From: Octopus vulgaris
Lineage: Eukaryota
Reading direction: 5' to 3'
DNA length: 64,000 bases
NCBI GenBank assembly: GCA_951406725.2
Contig: OX597824.1
Location: 61,194,001 to 61,258,000 of the forward strand
This document shows positions 13,813 to 25,087 of the stretch, in pieces (position 1 is the first letter of the stretch; each line of letters begins with the position of its first letter). Made by a program: the position numbers and the translations under genes. Under the pieces are notes generated by a model. It was given only the letters and a program-made list of their open reading frames with translations, was not told the DNA's origin and ran no database searches.

Positions 13813-14283
13813 CAAGGTTCCTGCAGGTCCTTGAATTCCTTGAATACCCTTGAATTTCAAAAGTAAAATTTCAGGCCTGGAAAGCCCTTGAAAATTCTTC
13901 AGACACACAGCAATCCTTGAAAACTTTGGATTTTTATTTAAAAGTTTTATATTCAGTCCACTCTCCGTACTACAGAAGAAAAGTGTTCTATTTTAACCAA
14001 TCATCTGAATTCATATTTGCAATGTTTCCTTATCAGTGTTGGCTGCCTGTACAAGCAGCCAACACTGGCATGGAAACATTGCTACACATTAGTCAACAAT
14101 TGGGTGATATTTAAACAATATGATTTGAGAACCTAAGCAATGTAAGTAGTTATGTTTTATCAGAAGGATGTCCTTGGAAACTCTTGAATTTTTTGTGGAG
14201 TGGTCGTGATGGTCCTTGAATCTAGCTTGAAAATACCCTTGAAAAACCTTCAATTTTCTTTTTAAAAACCTGCAGGAACCCTG
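13813..14283. mobile_element. MITE with CA(G)GGTTCCTGCAGG TIRs, nested in the EnSpm-like element
   Basis: CAAGGTTCCTGCAGGT...ACCTGCAGGAACCCTG, internal CCTTGAA repeats, flanking TTAAT direct repeat (13808-13812 / 14284-14288). Confidence 0.8.
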
Positions 14284-14714
14284 TTAATTGCTTTTGATGT
14301 TTGACAAAAAGGCCATTATTCTACATTTTGCTTTACATTTGAGCATATATTTTATTCTTTGCTCATAGTGTATGGAAAATGACTACATTTAAAAAATTTT
14401 GATTTGCGGTCATTGGACTGAAAATGGCCCTGGGTTGGGCATATGATGATATTAATATTCACTTTGAGTACTGTTTTAGCCAGACTGTGGGGGTGGGGAG
14501 TGGATGTACTAGCTTTGGTAGCTTCTGACATAAAACAGTAGTGAATGTTTATGAGTATTTGTATCTGTTTTCAACTGTAGAATTAGTCAAATCCATGTAA
14601 TTTATGCTAGTAGAGTTTTGCCTTTGTGAATAGCACATGAGTAAATGGATGTGAGCACGTTTGTTATTCTCACATTAAGAACTCTTTTTAAGTAGCATAA
14701 TTAATTAATTTCAG

Positions 14715-14800
14715 GGGCTGTTCACAAGACTATGAAAAATGCAACAGAAGCAGAGGTTAAGTTGGTGACTTGAGAATGGCTTTAGACTGCCAGTGACCAA
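14715..14800 (+). pseudogene. DUF4806-like gene, exon d (C-terminal helix)
   Basis: TTTCAG acceptor, phase matches exon c. RAVHKTMKNATEAEVKLVT*EWL*TASDQ fits the AV...T..EV..I..WLR.A.DR pattern; stops at 14771 and 14783. Confidence 0.75.
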
Positions 14801-14989
14801 CTATATCAGCCCAACATTGGGGAATATGTTGGCCCGATGTTGCGCCATGTTGCAAAATGAGATTGGGCTGAAATCAAAGCGACACAGTTTCTGATGTTGG
14901 ACAGATATAGGCGGTTTGATATTGGCCTGATATGGTTTTGCTGGCTGGGAAGGTTGTATACCCATATATGGAGTGGGTATGCATAAATA

Positions 14990-15210
14990 AGAGGGCAATG
15001 ATTCAGTTGTATATAGGGATATGGGGTAGTGCTATAGGAATATATATATACAAATGGAGTGATGATACAGAAGTTACGGAGTGGTAATGTTGTAATATAC
15101 ACTGATAGGGATGGTGATACGTTGGTATATACAAATATAGAGTAGTGCTGTAATAATATACACACATATGGGACGGTGCTGTAGTGATGTACACGAATAT
15201 GTGCTGGAAA
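14990..15210. repeat. Degenerate ~28-30 bp minisatellite
   Basis: Recurrent ATATACA..ATATGGGA.GGTGCTGTA-like units. Confidence 0.5.
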
Positions 15211-16009
15211 TAATAGCCAAATTTCTATGACATTACGTCCTACAATATACATAAAAAAATGGTACAATGGATAATGTGGTTCTCGATGATATGTTCTAAA
15301 AGTACACGGTGTTCACAAATAGAATGTCTTTGATCATAGATGTATTCGAGTGTGGCTGATCCAATACTGAACAATGACAACACACACGCACACATTTGTA
15401 TACATCTTATAGAAAAGTATATTGAAGTGCATAGTGGAACGTACGTGGATACTGAACACGTTGGAGAATGTGATCGGAACAGCTTCAACCAGAAACATCA
15501 GACATATTGCAGAGTATAGTAAAGATCTTAAACTATGTCCAAATATTTCGAATAATCTCTGTCGACGCTAGCATATTTAGTATTAAGAGAGAACGTAATG
15601 AGATTATCAGGTTCTGTAAACTCAAAATAGCAATTTAACGTTTATATAAAGTTATGAAAGCAAGGGAGGCAACTTGCACAAATTCGAACTCATGGGAAAT
15701 AACTTCTACTAAGGGAAATAAGTAAGTTCGAAATTATTTGACCATTTTGTATTTTATTGTATCGTTCCTACATCGTCTTGACAAATTTTAAACTAGCCAT
15801 AGTTGTATAGCGATACAGAAGATGAATGATAAAATAATTATAGTAAGGAAAGTAATTATCGATTAGGTAGATGGACGCTCTCTTTCTTCGAACTGAATCT
15901 AATTTCTGAATTTCAATCTAGTTATCATTTTAGTCTTTTGTCATCCCTGTCCTAGCTGCACCCACAATCATAGGAATTTCAGCTGTGACAATTTCATCAT
16001 TCAGGCATA

Positions 16010-16247
16010 CTCTTTTGCTCTTTTACTTGTTTCAGTCATTTGACTGCGGCCATGCTGGAGCACCGCCTTTAGTCGAGCAAATCGACCCCAGGACTTATTC
16101 TTTGTAAGCCTAGTACTTATTCTATCAGTGTCTTTTGCCGAATCTCTAAGTTACCTGGACGTAAACGCACCAGTATCGGTTGTCAAGCGATGTTGGGGGT
16201 ACAAACACAGACATACAAACATATACATACATACATACATACATACA

Positions 16248-16279
<32 letters not shown>

Positions 16280-16432
16280 CGACGTGCTGCTTTCAGTGTC
16301 CGTCTATCAAGTCCACTCACAAGGTTTTGGTTTGCCTGAGGCTATGTTAGAAGACACTTGCCCAAGGTGCCACGCAGTGGGATGAAGCTGGAACCATGTT
16401 GTTGGTAAGAAAGTTACTTACCTCACAGCCAG
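16010..16432 (-). mobile_element. Family B SINE
   Basis: Reverse complement of 3097-3498, with an (ACAT)n expansion. Confidence 0.9.
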
Positions 16433-16656
16433 ATCCTCTTTACTTCTTTTTCTAAGACAGTAGGGTATAATTTTAAGGAGATCAAACAAAAGCTCTTGCC
16501 TAAAAACAGAATATAAAAGTACATGCCCAATCCAACGAAAGATTGCCTCTACGTGAACCCTAGACCAGTGAGAAATAGTTGCTAAATCTGTCACAATTGT
16601 ACCTTATAGTTTTAAAAATATAACTAGAATATATTCAAGTTTAATCCTGCTTATGT

Positions 16657-16955
16657 AGAAGCACATGGCCTAGTGGTGAGAGCAGCGGACTCGCGGTCGA
16701 GGGATCGTGGGTTCGAATCTCAGACCGGGCGATGTGTGTGTTTATGAGCGAAACACCTAAGCTCCACATGGCTCCGGTAGACGGAAATGACGAACTTCTG
16801 CTGACTCTTTCGCCACAACTTTCTCTCACTCTTTCCTCCCGCATCTTGCAGCTCACCTGCGACGGACCGGCGTCCCGTCCAGGTGGGGAACCTGTACGCC
16901 AAGGAAACCGGGAAACCAGCCCTAATGAGCCAGGGATGGCTCGGGAAGGAACAAA
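16657..16955 (+). mobile_element. tRNA-derived SINE, family C
   Basis: TGGCCTAGTGG (A box)...GGTTCGAATCTC (B box), followed by a body shared with 55495 and 57525. Confidence 0.85.
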
Positions 16956-17249
16956 CAATCCTACTTATACATAGAGACTTGATGGTTATAGCTGGAACGC
17001 TTTTGATGATAGCCGTGCTCGATCAGCGCTGACTTGTTCCTAAGCAGTAGTTGTTTCTGTTATTATCATTATTGTGATCTCTTGTTTCATCCATTGTAGT
17101 TTGTTGCTGATGTACCAGTTTCTGGTGTTGTTTACATATAGGTAAGTCACAGCAAATAACATAGTGAAAAGAATCCTCCTCCCAAAGCATTAGGATGTTG
17201 TTTATTTTACGAAATAGGATCCATTTTCCTATTTTCACAGTGGCTAATC

Positions 17250-17575
17250 TCTTTTCTTTTATCTTTTATCTTTTACTTGTTTCAGTCATTAGACTGTGGC
17301 CATGCTGGAGCACCACCTTGAAGAAATTTTTAGCCGAATGAATCGACCCCAGTACTTTTTTTTAAAACCTGGTTCTTACTCTATCGGGTTTTTTTTTGCC
17401 GAACCAACCACTGAGTTACGGCGACTTAAATACATCAATACTAGTTGTCAAGCGGTGGGTGGGGGGACAAACATAGACACAAAGGCACACACACATACAC
17501 GACAGGCTTCTTTCAGTTTCCTTCTGCCACATCCACTCAAAAGGTTTTGGTCGCGGCTATCGTAGAAGACACTCT
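17250..17575 (-). mobile_element. Family B SINE, 5'-truncated
   Basis: TTTTACTTGTTTCAGTCATT..GGCCATGCTGGAGCACC signature. Confidence 0.8.
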
Positions 17576-18149
17576 CCCTTCGTGGTATTGTGAATTTTAA
17601 TTCCTTGTTTTGGTGCTTTGTGAGTTTGAGTTTATGATGTTTCCTCTCGATTATCATGAACTTATTAATAGAGACATCACTGAATGTCTGCCACTGCACC
17701 ACTGGCGACCCCACTTGCAGATTCAGAGACTACAGGTATTCCTGCAATCTCACAGATTGCATTATAAGTAGCATGGCTATAGTTGGATCCATTTGTAAAT
17801 ATTGATTATACAATGGAGAAATTTGAGGAGATGATTTGCGGGAGTGATCTTGTGTATAACAATATCGATACCGATGAACCGGAACTATGCATTAAAAAAT
17901 TAAATAGATACTTAACCACGTTATAGCGCAAAAAGTTCCCCCACCAGATTAGAGCAGGTCGATCACCCAGCTTCATTACGGCTGTCAAAAAGAACCCCTC
18001 CTTGAGCGCTGGAAGGTTAAAGTAAACTTGCGCAAATTCCTATGAGCCACAACCAAATAAAACATGATAGCGCATACTATTACTGCTAGCATAAAACGAA
18101 GGGCCATAGTATATAAATTTGATAATAAATTATGCATTCAGGAGAAGAC

Positions 18150-18598
18150 TGCGGGAACCTTTTCAATCTGAAGCACAGATGTTTTAATTAATTTTTTTTT
18201 AACTAAACACTTTGAAATTTCGTATACTGATGGAATGCGTCGCGTAGAACACGGTTTACTCTTAACGTTTTTGACAAAATTTTGTATTTTAGAAGTTATT
18301 TCGTGTTAAAGTTGTTGTATTTGGGTAACTTTAACCAATCAATGACGTGTATTCAGCTGAAGAAAGTTACTGCTGCTGTTTGCGAATAACAACTTTCGGC
18401 CCGTTTTTACAAAATTATTACTGAGACAGACCAACAACGGAGCCTATATGTAGTTGCATGACCTGATAGAAAAAGTAGCCAAACTTTTTCATTTACAGAA
18501 TAGAAAAACCTCTGACACATTCAGCCAGTAGCTGAAGTTTCAAACTGTTAAGTTAAAAAAATTAATTAAAAAATCTGATTCTGATTGACATGATCCGT
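18150..18598. mobile_element. MITE with ~50-70 bp imperfect TIRs (Tc1/mariner-like)
   Basis: CAGATGTTTTAATTAATTTTTTTTTAACTAAACACTTTGAAATTTC versus GAAGTTTCAAACTGTTAAGTTAAAAAAATTAATTAAAAAATCTG. Confidence 0.65.
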
Positions 18599-20587
18599 GA
18601 AACTACTCACGTACAACACTGGATTTAGCTATAATATGTACCGAGTTCCCATAATATTTTCTATTTATTTCATACGAAAATCTGAATGAATTACGGTAGT
18701 CAAGGGAATCCCAATATTTGAAATATGGATACTTGCTATCTTTTATTCTTTCAACTTTTCTTTAACTTTAGATGGTACATCATTCTTTTCCTCGCATGAC
18801 CTAGGAATAGAGGCAATTCAATTCTGGTTAGAGAATTACGCCAACAAACTCTCACATCGCATCGAAAAAATAATTCGTGATGAAAGGGCTAAAATTCAAC
18901 TTGGAGAATAACTTCTTCGTTTTCAAAGACAACTTCTATCGACAAAAATCGGGGATTGCGATGGGTGGGAGAATGTTCCCCTCCTTTGACAACCTAGTCA
19001 TGGGATATCTAGAAATTAGTCTTTATCGTAAGGTTCTAGAAAAATACGGCAGCCCATTCTCCCTCTACATAGAAAATAACTGGAAGAAATACCTGGATGA
19101 CTGTTTCATTCTTTGACATGAAAAGGTAGAGAAACTTAAAGAATTCCAAGCGCTTTTAAATGGACTTGACGTAAACATCCAATTCACGATGGAATATAAC
19201 CATCATTAACTTCCCTTTCTCAACATCCTCATTAAGAAATCTGACAACGTAACAGAAACAGATATATACTATAAGCCCACGGACTCCAAGCAATATCTAC
19301 CGTTCAACTCATGCCACCCCAGACACACCAGAATGAATATCCCCTTCAACCTAGCAAAAAGGATATGTACTATAGTTTCTAATGCAAGCACCAGAAATAC
19401 ACGACTACATGAACTGGAGGATACACTCATCACCAGGAACTACCCATGTTCACTATTTGACATATACTTTCAACATGCCCTACAACTCAACATCCACGAA
19501 CTCAGACGTCTCAAATTAAAGAAGTATTTACAAACAAAAGCCCCACCATACATCTCCACACACAACCCTCTTAGCAATGAAGCCTTCGACACCATCCTTC
19601 AAAACACTCCCTTACTAAAAAAAAAAAGGACCACAGAATGAACTTAATCCTCCAAACACACACCATCATAAAAAGCAAATCTATGAAAAGTCTCCTAACA
19701 CAAGCCCGAATATGCTCAGCAACAACAGAGGAGCCGTCAGTAAAAAAATGCGGAAGACACAACTGTGGGATATGCGTCAATTTAATTGAGGGATCAGAGT
19801 TCTCCTTCAAGCAGGGACAACGTCTCACAGTGAAAAGCAGCTTCACATGTGCTTCGGAGAACCTGATATACTCACTAACCTGCTCTGGGTGTCAAGAGCA
19901 ATACACATGCCAAAAACAAACAAACAAAAAAAAACAGTCTACGTCAAAGGAAGGTTCTGCACAGATCCCAAATCAAAATTCGCTAAAACAGAAAAATAGC
20001 ATTCAGCCAACACATCGACATTTGCGCCAATAACAAAAATTCAAGCTTCAGAATTTTTCCCCTCTACCAATTCAGGGACAATACAACCTGTACCCAACGA
20101 ATTAGTAAAAAGACTCTCTTTATTACAAAATACAGACCCCTTTTGAACGCATCTACAACAAACGACATTTCCATCACTGCCTTAGATTAACACAAACGCA
20201 CAAGCAAATATTAAAAATGATACGTTCAAGAGATACCCAAAAATTCATTAAAAACAGTCCCAATCACTGCTGTAATTCACATCAAGTCACTTTTAGGTCA
20301 TTTGACCATTTAACATCCTACTACTATCATACCGTCCCGCATTCTCTTATTATTCTTTCTTTCTCTTTCTCCTTCTTCTTCTTCTCCCTTTCCGCCACCA
20401 CCTTCCTTTCTTTACTACTACTTCTGTTTAGAATAACACCTATGCAAATATTATAAACAATACATTCAAAAGAGATATCTCAAGAATTCAATCACTACTA
20501 CCATCTACAAAAAGTCACTTTCAGGGCACTTGACCAATTAACATCCTACTACACCCGCATTCTCCTTTCCCCCTTCTCCTCCTCGTC

Positions 20588-20687
20588 CTTCTTCTTCTTC
20601 TTCTTCTTCTTCTTCTTCTTCTTCTTCTTCTTCTTCTTCTTCTTCTTCTTCTTCTTCTTCTTCTTCTTCTTCTTCTTCTTCTTCTTC
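20588..20687. repeat. (CTT)n microsatellite
   Basis: Long pure CTT tract; source of the poly-Arg ORF. Confidence 0.95.
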
Positions 20688-20881
20688 TTTTTCTTTTTCT
20701 TCTACTTCTCCTTCTTCTCCCCTGCCAAGAATTCACAATGACCTTGAGCCCACAAGAGTAAATAAGAGAGACAGAGACTGGCAGAAACAAGGAAAATGCC
20801 CCTTGTATAATACTATGCAAATATTCTTTTAAAAAACTTTTCTTTTAATTTTTCCAAAATTTTTTGGGTTTTCCATACTTA

Positions 20882-20916
20882 CAGTTGAAAAAGTCTCAGT
20901 GACTGAAACCGGACTG
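20882..20916 (+). ncRNA. Minimal type I hammerhead motif (U3-A8 core), cleavage-site U missing
   Basis: CAG-TTGAAAA-AGTC tcagt GACT-GAAA-CCGG(-)A-CTG at the 3' end of PLE1. Confidence 0.55.
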
Positions 20917-21103
20917 AAATGTTTTTTATAAAATTATTTTAGCATTTTCTACCTTCATTTTTTTCCACGTATATAAACTCGTGTGTTCCTTTTCAACCTT
21001 CTACATATATATAATAACTAACTATGGAAAACAATTAAATTTTGGAAAAATTAAAAGAAAAGTTTTTAAAGAGAATATTTGCATAGTATTCAAATACAAG
21101 GGG

Positions 21104-21105
<2 letters not shown>

Positions 21106-21141
<36 letters not shown>

Positions 21142-21275
21142 ATATATATATATATGCATATATATATATGCATATATATATATGCATATATATATATATG
21201 CATATATATATATATATATATGCATATATATATATGCATATATATATATGCATATATATACATACATATATATAC

Positions 21276-21337
<62 letters not shown>

Positions 21338-21364
21338 GTATGTATGTGTTTGTGTGTGTGTGTG
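21106..21364. repeat. Compound (CA)n/(TA)n/(TG)n microsatellite
   Basis: Direct observation. Confidence 0.95.
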
Positions 21365-21384
21365 TTTATTTTTCCCTTGTTAAT

Positions 21385-21653
21385 AAATAACATGGAAAAA
21401 ATAGATAAATAGATAAATAGTCACCAGGGTAGCAAAAAAACCACACAAGGTAAAAGGTTGTAACTCCTTGTTTTTAAAGGTAGAAATTTCGGTTTTATGT
21501 GAAATTTTTTTGTATAATACATAAAAATAAATAAATGGAGTTAAACGCGGTTGTTATTCAAATTCTTTTACTTCCGACACATGTTTCAAAGATATCACTA
21601 ATATTATTCCAAAGGAATAAAATGGTGTAAAACAATGTAATCTTCTCTTCAGG
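21385..21653 (-). mobile_element. Inverted pLTR copy of PLE2, including a truncated hammerhead
   Basis: 21531-21653 is the reverse complement of ~23414-23536. Confidence 0.85.
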
Positions 21654-21809
21654 ATCACAACATATGGGTACACTGCGACACAATTTCTTTTCCTCAACAG
21701 GCCCTGCCCTGTTTAGCATTGTCCCAAAACTGGTCAAAGAGGAAAAGGATTCTATCACCTTTAAACGTGTTCGGGACAGATTTCTTCAAGGGATACCAGA
21801 TAAGCCACC
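21648..21809 (+). mobile_element. L2/CR1-like LINE fragment embedded in PLE2
   Basis: Reverse complement (with scattered substitutions) of ~23703-23865. Confidence 0.85.
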
Positions 21810-21810
21810 T

Positions 21811-23536
21811 TGAAATGACAGAACAGCTCCAAAACATTAATGGAGGTCTATATCGTGATGATTGTTTACTTTACCTCCAAAATGTTTCCAACCAAAAGGT
21901 ACAAAAAGTTAAGAATAATTTAGTTAAAATTTTCCGAAGAATGGGTTTAAGCTTCGTTTTTGATGATGATATGACGAAAGCCAACTTTTTAGACATTACA
22001 CTTAACTTACACAATAACTCTTACTTCCCATACCATAAACCATCGACCAATCTTAAGTATATTAGCAAATTCAGTAATCATTCTAGGGTAATTACTAGGA
22101 ACTTAGTTAAGAATATTTCATTGAGATTGTCTAAGTTATCTGCTAATGTTGACATTTTCAATGATAAAGCCGAATTTTATAATTCTGCCTTACTTAAAGC
22201 ATGTTATACAGAGAAAGTTACCTACATTGATTCCATTCAATCTTATTCTAACTTTACTAATGTAGATATGAAATCTAGTTGTAAAGAAATTATAGATATC
22301 AATTTTAATTTATACACCAAAACAAAACGGACGAAGGGAGATAACCCTTATTCAATCCCCTGTTTTCATTCTAAAGGTAAATTTAAGTCTTTCAAAAATA
22401 ATTACACTAAAAATAAGATAACTAGTAGTAAAACGATTTGGTTAATTATTCCATACGTGAGGTAAATTAAATATAATCTTCCATTGCAGTTTCGTGAAGC
22501 TATTAATAGGAATTTTCCAAAGAATTCTAGGCATTACTTTATTATCAACTCATATACGGTTAGGATTGGTTTTTCAAACACTAAAAATCCCTTACAAATT
22601 ATCTCTTCATATAATATCAACCTGTTAAATATTAATACATAAACTAATACTAACGTTAATTTAGCTAATACCATCCATCCCTCTAGAAATATTAATAATA
22701 AAGTTATTGTATCAGAAGTCAATTACAACAGAATCACGTTTATGTCAAGTAACTGTAAAATTTAAAATTTTATATAGCAGTGTAAAATTACTACTTGTAA
22801 TCAAGTATATTTTTATATAGGAAGAACTTCTTCCCAGTTATCTAAAAGAATTTCTAATCATTACTCTTCATTTAGGGATAGAAATAAACGTAACAGTACA
22901 GGGCTTAGTAAATTAATTTGGGATCTAAAGGCCACAATAAACAATTTAATTTAGATTGGTTGATTCTCAATCTAGATACCTTATGGATAAAGACTAGGAA
23001 TTCTGTCTTCTCTGTAATTCTGAACTATTTTTTATTTTTTCTAAAACTCTTCTTTTAAACACGGTTATAGAGCGTGCATACCAATGTAAACATTGGCAAA
23101 AACACACCCTTAGTTCATATAAGTGATCTCTATCATTATATATAATCTATACATTAATTTTCTTTTTATATTTCACATTCACTAAATATATATTTTCCTA
23201 GTATATAAGGTTTTATTTAATATACATATAGTCATATACTTCTCATTTATTTAGTTTTTCTCTACTTTATCCCTCTCCTTTCCATAGGCTACATCTGACG
23301 TTTTATCCTATAAAGTTTTTTTGAAACAATATTAATAGCGTCCAATTAATCATTATACATATCCATCATTTTCTGTTAAAATGTCTTATTGACGAGTTTC
23401 ATTTCTACACTTCCCTGAAGAGAAGATTACATTGTTTCACACCATTTTATTCCTTTGGAATAATACTAGTGATATCTTCGAAACATGTGTCGGAAGTAAA
23501 AGAATTTGAATAACACCTGCGTTTAACTCCATTTAT
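21811..23536 (+). mobile_element. Penelope-like element 2 (GLYRDD-type RT C-terminus, GIY-YIG, pLTR)
   Basis: GGLYRDDCL; ANFLDITLNL; PYHKP..YISKFSNH; FYIGRTSSQLSKRISNHYSSF..STGLSKLIWDLK; CLLC; CKHWQKHTL* at ~23126. Confidence 0.92.
23409..23497 (+). ncRNA. Type I hammerhead ribozyme, canonical core
   Basis: ACTTCC-CTGAAGA-GAAGAT...ATCTTC-GAAA-CATGTGTC-GGAAGT: 6-bp stem I, 6-bp stem II, GUC cleavage triplet. Confidence 0.85.
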
Positions 23537-23544
23537 ATATATAT

Positions 23545-24050
23545 ACATAAAACTTAAATATGTTTCGACCAAAGGTTGGTCCAGGCCATGTCTAACTTAA
23601 TAGCACCATCTGATAGGATTATCTAAATCCTTTGTAAGTTTTTGTGGTATTATGTTCCATTCAAGTAGTGAGTTCTTGTTGGGTGAGTTGTATCCAGGTA
23701 TGGGTGGCTTATCTGGTATTCCTTGAAGAAATCTGTCCCGACCACGTTTAAAGGTGACGGGATCCTTTTCCTCTTTGATCAGTTTTGGGACAACGTTAAA
23801 CAGGGCAGGGCCTGTTGAGGAAAAGAAATTGTGTCGCAGGGTACCTATGTGTTGTGATCCTGAATTGGGCAGGGGACGTATAGCCCGTATTCCCAGCCTT
23901 GGATGAACCTTGAAACTAATGTTCAGGTCATTTGGGCAATGCTGGCAGTATATTCTCCACATCGTACAAATGATGTACCGCTTGCGGCGGCGCTGGAGAG
24001 AGTAGAGTTTCAAGGCTTTAAGGCGGTCCCAATAATCGACCTTGTTACAT
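23545..24050 (-). mobile_element. L2/CR1-group LINE 3' end
   Basis: DYWDRLKALKLYSLQRRR...FKVHPRLG...NFFSSTGPALFNVVP...FKRGRDRFLQGIPDKP...NSLLEW (ORF 23597-24157). Confidence 0.85.
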
Positions 24051-24499
24051 AGCAGTTCAGTATCACCTTCGAAAAGACAACAGAAATGTGGGAAACTTAA
24101 ATTAAATCCTGGGGTTCCGTTTGTTTCGGCCAACCCTACAAGTTGGTGCCCCAACATGACGAAGTCCTTTTACTGAAACAAATAAAAGAATAAAGAAAAA
24201 AAAATGTATGCGATCAGTTGAAATATACTGCGACAACAATTCGTGCCCCTCACATGTCCTTTTAAGTGTTCCTTCATTTTAACTTAGTTTATGCTTCATT
24301 ATCTGGCATTTCTTTGTAATTTATCGTGGTTTGTAGAGGAGAGATTAAGGGTTCAGAATAGGATTGACACAGTTCATGTTGTTGTTGTTGGTGGTGGTGG
24401 TATCGTCGTCGACACCGTTGTTGTTGTTATGCGGAGAGTAGTTAGGGTTAGTAATGTTGTTTATTTACAATCACTCTTTGAAACTTTAATGGCGCCTAG

Positions 24500-24850
24500 T
24501 AACGCACGCATGCACACACAAACGAACATCCATAATACACAAAACCACACACATACGCGTATAACGCACACAAAACCACAAACACAAACCATACACACAA
24601 GGTCACACGCACAAAGCCACACACACACAAAACCACAAACACTCATGCATAGTACACACTCACACATGCATGATACACACATTCACAAAACCACACACAA
24701 ACATGTATAACACACATAAACACACACGAAACACTACACGCACATAAGTATAATACACACTTAATACACACTTATACACACACGCGAATACACACAAACT
24801 CCCACATACATACATACGCAATCCTACACTCACATCCACATCCACGAATG
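24500..24850. repeat. Degenerate CA-rich low-complexity tract
   Basis: Direct observation. Confidence 0.85.
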
Positions 24851-25087
24851 AATGACTATGTGGACCTTTTAAATATTTAATCAAATAGCTGGTCACGAAA
24901 GAAATGGTTATCTTAGTTTTGTTTTTTTCCTTCTTCTTTGTTTCTGAAGCTTAATGCTCCATCACATTTGATATAACTGGTTCCAACACATTTTATAACG
25001 CCTCTTCTCTATATTAACACACTATCACCACAACAGGTCATGCTTCAAGAAACCTATTGTTTCAACGAACAAATACTTGCACAGATA

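Larger units (their letters stand above)
9569..14949 (+). mobile_element. Decayed EnSpm/CACTA(CMC)-like DNA transposon with subterminal palindromic repeats
   Basis: Right end GATATTGGCCTGATATGGTTTTGCTGGCTGGG (rc CCCAGCCAGCAAAACCATATCAGGCCAATATC) matches the left end CAGCCATGCAAAA..CCATATCGGGCCGATAT. ATATCGG(G)CCGATAT-like repeats at 9597-9655 and 14803-14933. Confidence 0.65.
18771..21010 (+). mobile_element. Penelope-like element 1 (5'-truncated RT + GIY-YIG, 3' UTR/pLTR), pseudogenised
   Basis: HDLGIEAIQFWL; FYRQKSGIAMG; WKKYLDDCFI; LPFLNI; DIYYKPTDSKQYL; SCHPRH; KKCGRHNCGIC; FTCASENLIYSLTCSGCQEQY. Coding region ends ~20190, with stops and frameshifts. Confidence 0.92.

Noticed and set aside
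11731-14785. Rescue of DUF4806 stops by A-to-I editing
   Set aside because: Editing would give Trp, whereas the motif context suggests Arg/Gln; five sites are more simply explained by C>T decay.
16657-16730. tRNA-like sequences (also 49694, 55495, 57525)
   Set aside because: A and B boxes run into SINE bodies and no complete cloverleaf is evident; these are SINE heads, not tRNA genes.
17600-18090. Complex non-repetitive block, possibly an old LINE
   Set aside because: No convincing protein motif in the frames examined.
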